From: Escherichia phage vB_EcoM-12474III
Direction: 5' to 3' (one strand)
Sequence record: NC_049457.1
Length of the DNA: 33,807 bases
The position numbers were made by a program, and so were the translations under genes. The notes under the pieces are model-generated. The model made no database searches. It had not been told where the DNA came from and saw only the letters and a program-made list of their open reading frames with translations. Each line of letters begins with the position of its first letter. Position 1 is the stretch's first letter. Positions 1 through 8,542 of the stretch are shown piece after piece.

Positions 1-127
1 GGGGAAATACTTGTCCGCCAGTAGCTGACGCCCCACAATCACCACAAGGTCAGGGTCTTCCTGATACCACGGCTCAATCAGGTTGTTGGTCGCATCCATC
101 ACCAGTGCGTCAAGGCTGGCATAATCA
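1..127. repeat. Terminal redundancy: 1-127 is identical to 33681-33807 (circular-permutation overlap)
   Basis: Read directly: both copies begin ggggaaatacttgtccgccagtagctgacg and end caaggctggcataatca; the capsid ORF reads seamlessly across the junction. Confidence 0.95.
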
Positions 128-741
128 CCGCCCTTACCCACGCGGATGACCTCAGATGTGGTGTGCCCTTCCTCGTCAGTGACCTTGCTCATCACGCGCG
201 CCGGTGCTTCATTGCGGTATTTCTGCAGCCAGCCGACCGCCACATCCTGCAGCATCGGATTACTGCTGCGGTCAGAGGTTTCGGCACGCTTCACGCCGTT
301 AAAACCGGCCATGATGAAATCAAGGGACTGGCGTTTGATAATGGCGTTACGGATACGGAGCTGGAAATCCTGATAACGCGCCCACAGGTCCAGCGTTTTG
401 TAGCGGATATAAAAATCGAAGTTAATCTGGTCGCATTCGTACTTGTTTGACGCCAGCTTCGAGAAGTCCTTCGGCTGACGCTCGGTGCCACCGGCGGTGT
501 CGGTGGTGCTGGCGATGGAGCCGGTGACACCAATACCAATTTTTTCCCCTTTCATTTCGCTGACCGGCACAATGTTGATGCGGGTCAGAAAATCAGAGGA
601 CTCCTGCATGGTGTTCATCAGGGTCTGAGTGACCGACGGTTCAACGGTGAATTTTTTCGACACATCACCGGCGTCGATGCCGTTCAGTTCGGCAACACGG
701 GACAGGTAGGCATTAAATTTAAAGCGGGTTTCCTGGCGCAT
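1..741 (-). CDS. N: Major capsid protein gpN, N-terminal part (ATG at 741..739; ORF runs off the window start and continues at the window end)
   Basis: Manual translation from 741 downward gives MRQETRFKFNAYLSRVAELNGIDAGDVSKKF..., matching my recollection of P2 gpN; the combined length with the 3' part is 357 aa. Confidence 0.9.
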   Translation of the reverse strand, partial: MRQETRFKFNAYLSRVAELNGIDAGDVSKKFTVEPSVTQTLMNTMQESSDFLTRINIVPVSEMKGEKIGIGVTGSIASTTDTAGGTERQPKDFSKLASNKYECDQINFDFYIRYKTLDLWARYQDFQLRIRNAIIKRQSLDFIMAGFNGVKRAETSDRSSNPMLQDVAVGWLQKYRNEAPARVMSKVTDEEGHTTSEVIRVGKGGDYASLDALVMDATNNLIEPWYQEDPDLVVIVGRQLLADKYFP

Positions 742-799
742 AGTTTTTCCTGAAATTAAGGGTTAATCGTGAAGGTTTTCCCGGACTGACTGACGCCGG

Positions 800-1654
800 T
801 CAGCAGTTCGTCATCAGGGCGTCACCGCCACCACCGGTGGCCTTGCTGCGGCGCTGCTGGGTCAGACTTTCGGTGTTGTCGAGACTGTTTTTCAGGCGGG
901 TGAATGCCTGGCTGGTTTCATCCGCCCTGTCAGTCACCTCCTGCTTAAGTGCGGAAAAGGCGGTTTCCATCTCAGCGAGGCGCTGCTCAGTGGCGCTCAG
1001 TTTTTCCTGCACATGTTCAGCAACAGCGGTCACCGCTTCATGCACGTCATTCAGACGGGCGTCATCGCTGGCCTGTTTGCGGCCAAAAATGGATTTCACC
1101 TTTTCGGTCAGGGCGGTGAACACGGTTTCAGGCAGGTCTTCAAATTCCAGCTCAACGGGCGTTGCCACTGAAATAAGGTTCTCAGGGCTTAATTTGAAGC
1201 GGTTCAGGGGGTTGTGTTTTGCCGTGCGGCAGAATTCCAGGTATTCCGTACCGAGGCTTGCCGGGTCATCGGTGACGGCCAGCCCCACCAGATAACATTT
1301 GCCGGTGTTGGCAAAGTTCGGCTGAATTTCCATTGAGGTATAGACCTTCTGCGCGGCCTTGTTCATCGCGATAAGGTCATCGGTCGGGGTGATTTTCGCA
1401 AACAGCGCCCATTTGCCTTTCAGCGCCGAATCATCGTCAATCTTTTCGGCCTTCAGTTCGGCCACATCGCCATAACGCTTAAAAATACCGTCAGGCAGGA
1501 TGCCGCGCAGATGTTCCAGGTTAATGCGGCAACCATAGACTCGCGGGTCAAAGGTTTCGGCCATTTCCTGAATATCCTGCGCACTGATGACACGCCCGTC
1601 ACAGGTGTCACCTTCAACGCCGATACGAAAGAATTTTGAGACTTTTTTTGCCAT
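800..1654 (-). CDS. O: Capsid scaffolding protein gpO
   Basis: ORF-track protein from MAKKVSKFFRIGVEGDTCDGRVI... is 284 aa from the ATG at 1654, the same length and start as P2 gpO as I recall it. Confidence 0.9.
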   Translation of the reverse strand: MAKKVSKFFRIGVEGDTCDGRVISAQDIQEMAETFDPRVYGCRINLEHLRGILPDGIFKRYGDVAELKAEKIDDDSALKGKWALFAKITPTDDLIAMNKAAQKVYTSMEIQPNFANTGKCYLVGLAVTDDPASLGTEYLEFCRTAKHNPLNRFKLSPENLISVATPVELEFEDLPETVFTALTEKVKSIFGRKQASDDARLNDVHEAVTAVAEHVQEKLSATEQRLAEMETAFSALKQEVTDRADETSQAFTRLKNSLDNTESLTQQRRSKATGGGGDALMTNC

Positions 1655-1827
1655 TGTCAGGAGTCCTGAATAGTGATTAGAGGAGTCACATGTCGGCATC
1701 AGTTTCCCGACGATGCGCATCCTCCGCCATCAGTCCCGGATGGCTTATCACTGACACAACAGCACCTTAGCGAATCGCGGGACGCGACTCAGTAGCCTTG
1801 CCGTGTATTCATCACGGCGAGGTATTC

Positions 1828-3600
1828 ATGACCATCACCACAGACACCACTCTTTTACACGACCCGCGTCGTCAGGCGGCGCTGCTGTACTGGCAGGGGT
1901 TTTCCGTGCCGCAGATTGCCGCCATGTTGCAGATGAAACGCCCGACGGTGCAGAGCTGGAAACAGCGCGACGGCTGGGACAGCGTTGCCCCCATCAGCCG
2001 TGTCGAAATGAGTCTGGAAGCGCGGCTGACCCAGCTCATCATCAAACCGCAGAAAACCGGCGGTGACTTCAAGGAAATTGACCTGCTGGGACGCCAGATT
2101 GAACGACTGGCACGGGTAAACCGTTACAGTCAGACCGGCAACGAGGCAGACCTTAATCCGAACGTCGCTAACCGCAACAAAGGCGGGCGGCGCAAACCGA
2201 AAAAGAATTTTTTCAGTGACGAGGCCATCGAAAAGCTGGAGCAGATTTTCTTTGAGCAGTCTTTCGAATATCAGCTGCACTGGTATCGCGCCGGGCTTGA
2301 GCACCGCATCCGCGATATCCTGAAATCCCGCCAGATTGGCGCGACGTTTTATTTTTCCCGCGAGGCGCTGCTGCGCGCCCTGAAAACCGGCCATAACCAG
2401 ATTTTTCTGTCGGCCAGTAAAACGCAGGCGTATGTGTTCCGCGAATACATCATCGCCTTTGCCCGTCTGGTTGACGTTGACCTGACCGGTGACCCGATTG
2501 TCCTGGGCAATAACGGTGCAAAACTGATTTTTCTCGGCACCAACTCCAACACCGCACAGAGCCATAACGGCGACCTGTACGTCGATGAGATTTTCTGGAT
2601 CCCGAATTTTCAGGTACTGCGTAAGGTAGCATCAGGTATGGCCTCACAGAGTCACCTGCGTTCGACCTATTTCTCCACCCCGTCCACGCTGGCGCACGAC
2701 GCCTACCCGTTCTGGTCGGGTGAACTGTATAACCGGGGACGCGCCAGCGCCGCCGAACGCGTGGAAATCGACGTCAGTCATAACGCCCTTGCCGGTGGGC
2801 TTCTCTGTGCGGACGGCCAGTGGCGACAGATTGTCACCATTGAGGACGCCCTGAAAGGTGGCTGCACGCTGTTCGACATTGAGCAGCTCAAACGCGAAAA
2901 CAGCGCCGACGATTTTAAAAACCTGTTCATGTGTGAATTTGTTGACGACAAGGCGTCGGTGTTCCCGTTCGAGGAGCTGCAACGCTGCATGGTCGACACG
3001 CTGGAAGAATGGGAAGACTATGCACCCTTTGCCGCCAATCCGTTCGGCTCCCGCCCGGTATGGATTGGTTACGACCCGTCACACCGTGGCGACAGCGCCG
3101 GATGCGTGGTGCTGGCACCGCCGGTGGTGGCCGGTGGCAAATTCAGAATACTTGAGCGTCACCAGTGGAAAGGCATGGACTTTGCCACCCAGGCTGAATC
3201 CATCCGCAAACTCACCGAAAAATATAACGTCGAATACATCGGTATTGATGCCACCGGCCTCGGTGTCGGCGTGTTCCAGCTCGTGCGCTCGTTCTATCCC
3301 GCCGCGCGCGACATCCGCTACACGCCGGAAATGAAAACCGCAATGGTGCTCAAGGCAAAAGACGTTATCCGCCGTGGCTGTCTGGAATATGACGTCAGCG
3401 CCACCGACATCACCAGCTCGTTTATGGCTATCCGCAAGACCATGACCAGCAGCGGACGCAGCGCCACCTATGAGGCCAGCCGCAGCGAGGAAGCCAGCCA
3501 CGCCGACCTCGCCTGGGCGACCATGCACGCCCTGTTAAATGAGCCACTCACCGCCGGTATCAGCACCCCGCTGACATCCACCATTCTGGAGTTTTACTGA
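1828..3600 (+). CDS. P: Terminase ATPase (large) subunit gpP
   Basis: MTITTDTTLLHDPRRQAALLYWQGFSVPQIAAM... (590 aa from the ATG at 1828) matches P2 gpP; divergent from O as in P2. Confidence 0.92.
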   Translation: MTITTDTTLLHDPRRQAALLYWQGFSVPQIAAMLQMKRPTVQSWKQRDGWDSVAPISRVEMSLEARLTQLIIKPQKTGGDFKEIDLLGRQIERLARVNRYSQTGNEADLNPNVANRNKGGRRKPKKNFFSDEAIEKLEQIFFEQSFEYQLHWYRAGLEHRIRDILKSRQIGATFYFSREALLRALKTGHNQIFLSASKTQAYVFREYIIAFARLVDVDLTGDPIVLGNNGAKLIFLGTNSNTAQSHNGDLYVDEIFWIPNFQVLRKVASGMASQSHLRSTYFSTPSTLAHDAYPFWSGELYNRGRASAAERVEIDVSHNALAGGLLCADGQWRQIVTIEDALKGGCTLFDIEQLKRENSADDFKNLFMCEFVDDKASVFPFEELQRCMVDTLEEWEDYAPFAANPFGSRPVWIGYDPSHRGDSAGCVVLAPPVVAGGKFRILERHQWKGMDFATQAESIRKLTEKYNVEYIGIDATGLGVGVFQLVRSFYPAARDIRYTPEMKTAMVLKAKDVIRRGCLEYDVSATDITSSFMAIRKTMTSSGRSATYEASRSEEASHADLAWATMHALLNEPLTAGISTPLTSTILEFY

Positions 3601-4634
3601 TGAGCAAGAAAAAAGGGAAAACACCGCAACCTGCGGCAAAAAAAATGACCGCCAGCGCCCCGAAAATGGAGGCATTCACCTTTGGTGAGCCGGTGCCGGT
3701 ACTCGACCGCCGTGACATTCTGGATTACGTCGAGTGCATCAGTAACGGCAGATGGTATGAGCCGCCGGTCAGCTTTACCGGTCTGGCAAAAAGCCTGCGT
3801 GCTGCCGTACATCACAGCTCACCGATTTACGTCAAACGTAATATTCTGGCCTCGACATTTATCCCGCATCCGTGGCTTTCCCAGCAGGATTTCAGCCGCT
3901 TTGTGCTGGATTTTCTGGTGTTCGGTAATGCGTTTCTGGAAAAGCGTTACAGCACTACCGGTAAGGTCATCAGACTGGAAACCTCACCGGCGAAATATAC
4001 CCGTCGTGGCGTGGAAGAGGATGTTTACTGGTGGGTGCCGTCCTTCAACGAGCCGACAGCCTTCGCGCCCGGCTCCGTGTTTCATCTGCTGGAGCCGGAT
4101 ATTAATCAGGAGCTGTACGGCCTGCCGGAATATCTCAGCGCCCTTAACTCTGCCTGGCTGAATGAGTCGGCCACGCTGTTCCGCCGCAAGTATTACGAAA
4201 ACGGCGCTCATGCCGGATATATCATGTACGTCACTGATGCCGTGCAGGATCGCAACGATATCGAAATGCTCCGCGAAAACATGGTGAAGTCGAAAGGCCG
4301 CAACAACTTTAAAAATCTGTTTCTCTATGCCCCACAGGGGAAAGCCGACGGCATCAAAATTATCCCGCTCAGTGAAGTGGCAACGAAGGACGATTTTTTT
4401 AATATCAAAAAAGCCAGCGCCGCTGACCTGCTGGACGCGCACCGCATCCCCTTTCAGTTGATGGGCGGCAAGCCGGAGAACGTCGGGTCACTGGGCGATA
4501 TTGAGAAAGTGGCAAAGGTCTTTGTCCGCAATGAGCTTATCCCGTTACAGGATAGGATCCGCGAGATAAACGGCTGGCTCGGTCAGGAGGTCATCCGCTT
4601 TAAAAACTACTCACTGGACACTGACAACGGCTGA
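3600..4634 (+). CDS. Q: Portal protein gpQ
   Basis: 344-aa ORF MSKKKGKTPQPAAKKMTASAPKMEAFTFGEP...; same length as P2 gpQ; its start overlaps the P stop (TGATG). Confidence 0.92.
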   Translation: MSKKKGKTPQPAAKKMTASAPKMEAFTFGEPVPVLDRRDILDYVECISNGRWYEPPVSFTGLAKSLRAAVHHSSPIYVKRNILASTFIPHPWLSQQDFSRFVLDFLVFGNAFLEKRYSTTGKVIRLETSPAKYTRRGVEEDVYWWVPSFNEPTAFAPGSVFHLLEPDINQELYGLPEYLSALNSAWLNESATLFRRKYYENGAHAGYIMYVTDAVQDRNDIEMLRENMVKSKGRNNFKNLFLYAPQGKADGIKIIPLSEVATKDDFFNIKKASAADLLDAHRIPFQLMGGKPENVGSLGDIEKVAKVFVRNELIPLQDRIREINGWLGQEVIRFKNYSLDTDNG

Positions 4635-4639
4635 ACATC

Positions 4640-4662
4640 GCCGCCTGCGGGCGGCTTTTTTA
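4640..4662 (+). terminator. Rho-independent terminator after P-Q
   Basis: GC stem gccgcc-tgcg-ggcggc followed by TTTTTT, immediately 3' of the Q stop. Confidence 0.8.
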
Positions 4663-4803
4663 TATCCCGTCATCACGCCCTCACACGCTCACCACCGCAC
4701 AAAACACCCCGCAGAGACACCAATGCCCCGGCGCACAATCTAAACGCCGTCACGACGCGCTCAGACGCTGAAAAAATAAAATCCGCACCACCGCCAGCGC
4801 GCA

Positions 4804-4822
4804 GTGCTTTCCCGCCTCGCCC
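4804..4822. other. cos: cos cohesive-end site (19 nt)
   Basis: Minus strand reads GGGCGAGGCGGGAAAGCAC, near-identical to the P2 cohesive end as I recall it (GGCGAGGCGGGGAAAGCAC); it lies about 170 bp beyond the Q stop, as in P2. Confidence 0.7.
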
Positions 4823-5008
4823 GCCCGCTTCATGGGTCGGTTTTAATGCAGTTGCATAACATATTATTCATAGCACCACTGTGAGTTTATGGCTTCATTT
4901 TAGCGAGTTACTTACGCATGCATTTTAATGCACATAATTGCAGTTCTAGCCTACGTTTAACTCCAGTGTTAATCTTTGCATATCACCATATCTAATGAGA
5001 TTAGAGTT

Positions 5009-6127
5009 ATGACAGAAAGCCTTGATTACATCGACCTCAATAAACTTGAGCTTGATACAAAAAATCCACGTCTTCCTGAAGGTGTTGAACGTACCCCAGA
5101 AGCAATGCTAAATCATATAGCTCTAACAACCTCTATTGAAGACTTGATGAATGCAATCGCAGAAAATGGATTTTTTCCTGGCGAGCCTCTTATTGCGGTT
5201 AAAGAGGGAGATAAGTACACCGTTGTGGAAGGCAACCGTCGCTTAACGGCAGTTAAACTTATTCATAACCCATATGAGTGCGACAGACCCAGCTCCCGGA
5301 TGATAGAAATCGCCGAAAGCGCTAAAGATAAACTAGGTACACTAGAAAAATTACCAGTGATCGTTAGAGATACCAGAGCTGAAATTTTACCTTATTTGGG
5401 TTTCAGACATATCACTGGTGTCAAACAATGGGAACCTCTATCGAAGGCTCGTTATATCGAGCAACTTTTTGGGCTCACCTCCCCAAACTCACCGACTAAT
5501 GATCGATATCATCAGGTTGCTCGTGCAATTGGTAGCAGAAAAGATCATATCAAGAGAAATCTAGATGCTTTAGCCGTTTATAAAGTAATGGAGAGCAATA
5601 ACTTTTATGATATTGATGGATTAGATGAAGAATCGATCAAGTTTTCAATTTTATCTACAGCCTTAGCTGACGAGAAAATTGGATTGTTTGTTGGCGTCTC
5701 AGAAAAAGACGAATATGGTGATATTACATCCAATGATGTAATAATTCACCCACATCATATAAATAGAGAAAATACCAGAGAACTTACACTATGGCTTTAT
5801 AAAAAGGATGATTCCGGGAAAACAAAGGTTGGAGAGTCCCGAAATTTACGCCTATTATCTTCTGTTATTGATAACCCCAAGGCTTTAACGTCCTTTAGAA
5901 ACGGGGCTGACCTTAAGGTTGCGTATCAGTTAACTGAAGACTTAAAACAAGATTTCATGACGTTACTTTATAAAGCTGAATCTGCATTAATTGAAGCGGC
6001 TGGAATTGTTGCAACCATTGATTACAATCCTGAAGCATTGGAAGTTGCAAGACGCCTAAGTCAAAATGTCAAACTTATTGGTAATACAATTAAAGCCAAA
6101 AAGGTTTCTGACGATGAAGATTTTTAA
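5009..6127 (+). CDS. ParB/Srx-fold (ParB N-terminal nuclease-like) domain protein, cargo gene
   Basis: N-terminus carries ParB-type motifs DTKNPR (aa 16-21) and VVEGNRRLTAV (aa 72-82, the GxRR box); ATG at 5009 follows a GAG-rich RBS; AT-rich relative to the core; overlaps the start of the next gene. Confidence 0.6.
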   Translation: MTESLDYIDLNKLELDTKNPRLPEGVERTPEAMLNHIALTTSIEDLMNAIAENGFFPGEPLIAVKEGDKYTVVEGNRRLTAVKLIHNPYECDRPSSRMIEIAESAKDKLGTLEKLPVIVRDTRAEILPYLGFRHITGVKQWEPLSKARYIEQLFGLTSPNSPTNDRYHQVARAIGSRKDHIKRNLDALAVYKVMESNNFYDIDGLDEESIKFSILSTALADEKIGLFVGVSEKDEYGDITSNDVIIHPHHINRENTRELTLWLYKKDDSGKTKVGESRNLRLLSSVIDNPKALTSFRNGADLKVAYQLTEDLKQDFMTLLYKAESALIEAAGIVATIDYNPEALEVARRLSQNVKLIGNTIKAKKVSDDEDF

Positions 6128-7106
6128 AATCGGAGACATTCATCCTAGTGTTCCTCATCTTTTTGCAGACCTTGCAGAACTTGCTACGGTTATAAATTAT
6201 TCTGGTCGTTATGATCTACATAAAAATGACCTCATAACAATAAGAACTCAAAGTAACACAAGTGTGGATGATATTGATCAAGAATATCAAGAAGATGAAA
6301 ATGAAGGCTGCGATGCTGAACGCAATGACCGTTTAGAAAGACAAGTTGAAGATGTCTGGACGCAACTCGATTTTAGACAAAATTTTCTCAAGGATATTTA
6401 TCCATTTATTATTAATGGTGACTTTATTTCATTGAAAGAAAACCTCACTGAGATACAAAGAATATATATTTTCTTACTCGCATGCTCGAGGTTACGTTCT
6501 TTCACAAAGGCTAGGCAAGGAATAATACAGTTTTGGGCAAAAAATTTTGCTGTCGTAAGTAAATTTTGTGCAACAGCACTACTCCCAGCACACTCAACTG
6601 TACGAGTATTTGACGCAAACTCAGATGACAGGCGAAAATATTATGGTACTGATTTAAGAAAAGCCTTGAAAAGGCTAGGAAAAGACTTAGCTGTTCCTTA
6701 TATTAATGAGCAAGAGTGCGAAAGAGCTGATCCGAGAGGTGATGGTGGTTTTGATATAGTTGCAACTATAGAATTTGAAGATAAATTAAGTAGTAACTTT
6801 GCCTTTTTAGGTCAATGTGGAGCCCAAGAAAGAGATTGGCCCAAAAAAACACTTGAAGCCCACTCATTGAAACTACGAACATATTTTCAAGTGCATTTTG
6901 ACATACCAACTCTAATGTTTACCCCCGTATTCTATCGAAACTCAGATGGTCAATGGGTAGACAATAGCCCTTGCGCTGGAGTATTGATCATTGACAGAGC
7001 AAGGATATTACAGCTTTTAAAAAAGACAAACCATTGCCCTAAAATAGTTTCAGAACAATGGTTTCTTGATTTCGAACAAATTATCAATGATCTTAAGGTC
7101 GAATAA
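6114..7106 (+). CDS. Hypothetical protein with a possible PD-(D/E)xK nuclease motif; operon partner of the ParB-fold gene
   Basis: ATG at 6114 overlaps the upstream gene end (6127); protein contains RGDGGFDIVATIEFEDK (aa 208-224), reminiscent of the Mrr-type GDGGxD ... ExK catalytic signature; AT-rich. Confidence 0.5.
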   Translation: MKIFKIGDIHPSVPHLFADLAELATVINYSGRYDLHKNDLITIRTQSNTSVDDIDQEYQEDENEGCDAERNDRLERQVEDVWTQLDFRQNFLKDIYPFIINGDFISLKENLTEIQRIYIFLLACSRLRSFTKARQGIIQFWAKNFAVVSKFCATALLPAHSTVRVFDANSDDRRKYYGTDLRKALKRLGKDLAVPYINEQECERADPRGDGGFDIVATIEFEDKLSSNFAFLGQCGAQERDWPKKTLEAHSLKLRTYFQVHFDIPTLMFTPVFYRNSDGQWVDNSPCAGVLIIDRARILQLLKKTNHCPKIVSEQWFLDFEQIINDLKVE

Positions 7107-8045
7107 CTAATCCCAAATATCTGGAAGAGATTTAGCAACCGCCTCAAATAAAGGAGGCGGAACAGCATTGCCAACTACTGTATACTTCATATTAATAGAA
7201 GCCCGTTCAGTTTCTGGAAAAATTAGGTCTCCAAAACCCTGTAAAATAGCGGCCTCTCGATAACTAAACCTACGAGCTGGTGCATCCGAAGTAAATTGCC
7301 ACTTATCTGGACCCAATTTTTCTAATGTTGGACTTATTGGATGTAGAGGCATATGTCTAGGATTTGCAACAATTGTTTTAGATATCTGATCCCAATCTTG
7401 CCGACGGTTGCGCGATAGATAATACCAATGAAAATCGGCATCATAAAACTCACCAATAGGCCAAACAGGCATATGACCAATAGCATCACGAATTGTTGAA
7501 TATGGTTTCAAGCCATCACCATGTGTTGGTTTTGGAAATTTGTATGTAATACCATAGTCTTTTCGTATTCCTACGATAAAGATTCTCTTCCTATCTTGTG
7601 ATACGCCATAGTGGGACGCATTCAGAATTTGCGAGCTTACTGTATAACCTGCTTCTTCGAAAACTTTGAATTGATCCTTTAACAAATGTTCAAAGTTACG
7701 CCTTACCATTCCAGAAACATTCTCTACAATGAATGCTTTTGGCTTAATCTTTCTCAAAGCACGAGCAAACTCTAAATATAGAGTATTAATCTTTCTATCT
7801 GCCTTCCTTGCTCCACCCTGGCTAAATCCCTGGCAAGGATAGCATCCGATAAGCAATTCGGCAGAAGGGAACGATTGGAGTCCTGAAATATCGCCCAATA
7901 TGTAATCAGTTTCAGGATGGTTTTCTAAGTAAACGTCCCTTGCATAAGGCAAAATATCGTTTGCCATCAGCACATTGAACCCTGCTCTCAAAACTCCCGC
8001 ATCAGAACCACCACATCCAGAAAAAAGTGAAACTACAGTTGGCAT
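7107..8045 (-). CDS. DNA (cytosine-5)-methyltransferase
   Basis: Canonical C5-MTase motifs: FSGCGG (motif I, aa 8-13), PCQGFS (motif IV, aa 70-75), ENV (motif VI, aa 108-110), a QDRKR motif (VIII-like) and a C-terminal GNAVPPPL; convergent with, and abutting, the 6114..7106 gene. Confidence 0.88.
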   Translation of the reverse strand: MPTVVSLFSGCGGSDAGVLRAGFNVLMANDILPYARDVYLENHPETDYILGDISGLQSFPSAELLIGCYPCQGFSQGGARKADRKINTLYLEFARALRKIKPKAFIVENVSGMVRRNFEHLLKDQFKVFEEAGYTVSSQILNASHYGVSQDRKRIFIVGIRKDYGITYKFPKPTHGDGLKPYSTIRDAIGHMPVWPIGEFYDADFHWYYLSRNRRQDWDQISKTIVANPRHMPLHPISPTLEKLGPDKWQFTSDAPARRFSYREAAILQGFGDLIFPETERASINMKYTVVGNAVPPPLFEAVAKSLPDIWD

Positions 8046-8257
8046 CGCCCCTCCTAAAAACCGACCGCGTATTATAGCGAAACCACCCCTTGGGAAAAGC
8101 TAGATTTCGCCAAGTTTTGATATTCTCATGTTTTAGTAGTTGTGGCCATCTTTAACGAGAGAAAGATGAAATTGAGTTCTCATTAATTTTCAATAGGTTT
8201 AATTGTAAACACAGCAGGAATCAAAGCTAACACGTCGCTACGCTCATTGTTCAACCC

Positions 8258-8290
8258 CGCCATCTCTGAAAACAAGTTTCAGAAATGGCG
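8258..8290. promoter_or_regulatory. Imperfect palindrome upstream of the methyltransferase gene
   Basis: cgccatctctgaaa-acaag-tttcagaaatggcg, 13/14 complementary arms; sits in an AT-rich spacer about 210 bp upstream of the MTase start. Confidence 0.35.
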
Positions 8291-8296
8291 AGTATA

Positions 8297-8542
8297 CTAC
8301 ATCCTATGCGGTAGTTTCTTAGGCATGTTTGCTGGTCGAAATACCTCAATTTTCTGTCTACTGATATCGTTAAACCGTCTGTAATTATCCCGGACCATTT
8401 CGGCACACCCGACCAGCTCATCAGGCGTCAGATTTTCGTTGACCATAATCTGCTGTAGACGGTGGACAATGGCCATCAGCTTGATATTTTTAGTTTTATG
8501 CTGCGGTATCTCGCCTGGTATTCTGTGCATTATCCAAGCCAC
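8297..8542 (-). CDS. Small hypothetical protein (81 aa; start uncertain, possibly 8476)
   Basis: ORF only; occupies the position of the small post-A ORFs in P2-like phages. Confidence 0.4.
   Translation of the reverse strand: MAWIMHRIPGEIPQHKTKNIKLMAIVHRLQQIMVNENLTPDELVGCAEMVRDNYRRFNDISRQKIEVFRPANMPKKLPHRM

Noticed and set aside
1-127. Terminal direct repeats as attL/attR or transposon ends
   Set aside because: The repeat is internal to the capsid gene and the reading frame continues through it; it reflects circular permutation of the window, not integration or transposition.
1655-1827. Specific Ogr-dependent late promoter elements (TGT-N12-ACA dyad) in the divergent O/P intergenic region
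   Set aside because: The region must contain the divergent late promoters, but the best candidate I found is TGT-N13-ACG rather than a clean dyad, so I did not assign coordinates.
1855-2565. 236-aa minus-strand ORF (with nested 66/67/65-aa ORFs) inside gene P
   Set aside because: Lies antisense within a well-supported terminase gene in GC-rich DNA; a shadow ORF with no independent start signal.
4845-4945. Repeated TTAATGCA-containing near-palindromes upstream of the ParB-fold gene
   Set aside because: They sit in an AT-rich promoter region where such short matches arise easily; the arms are imperfect and I could not define a consistent operator.
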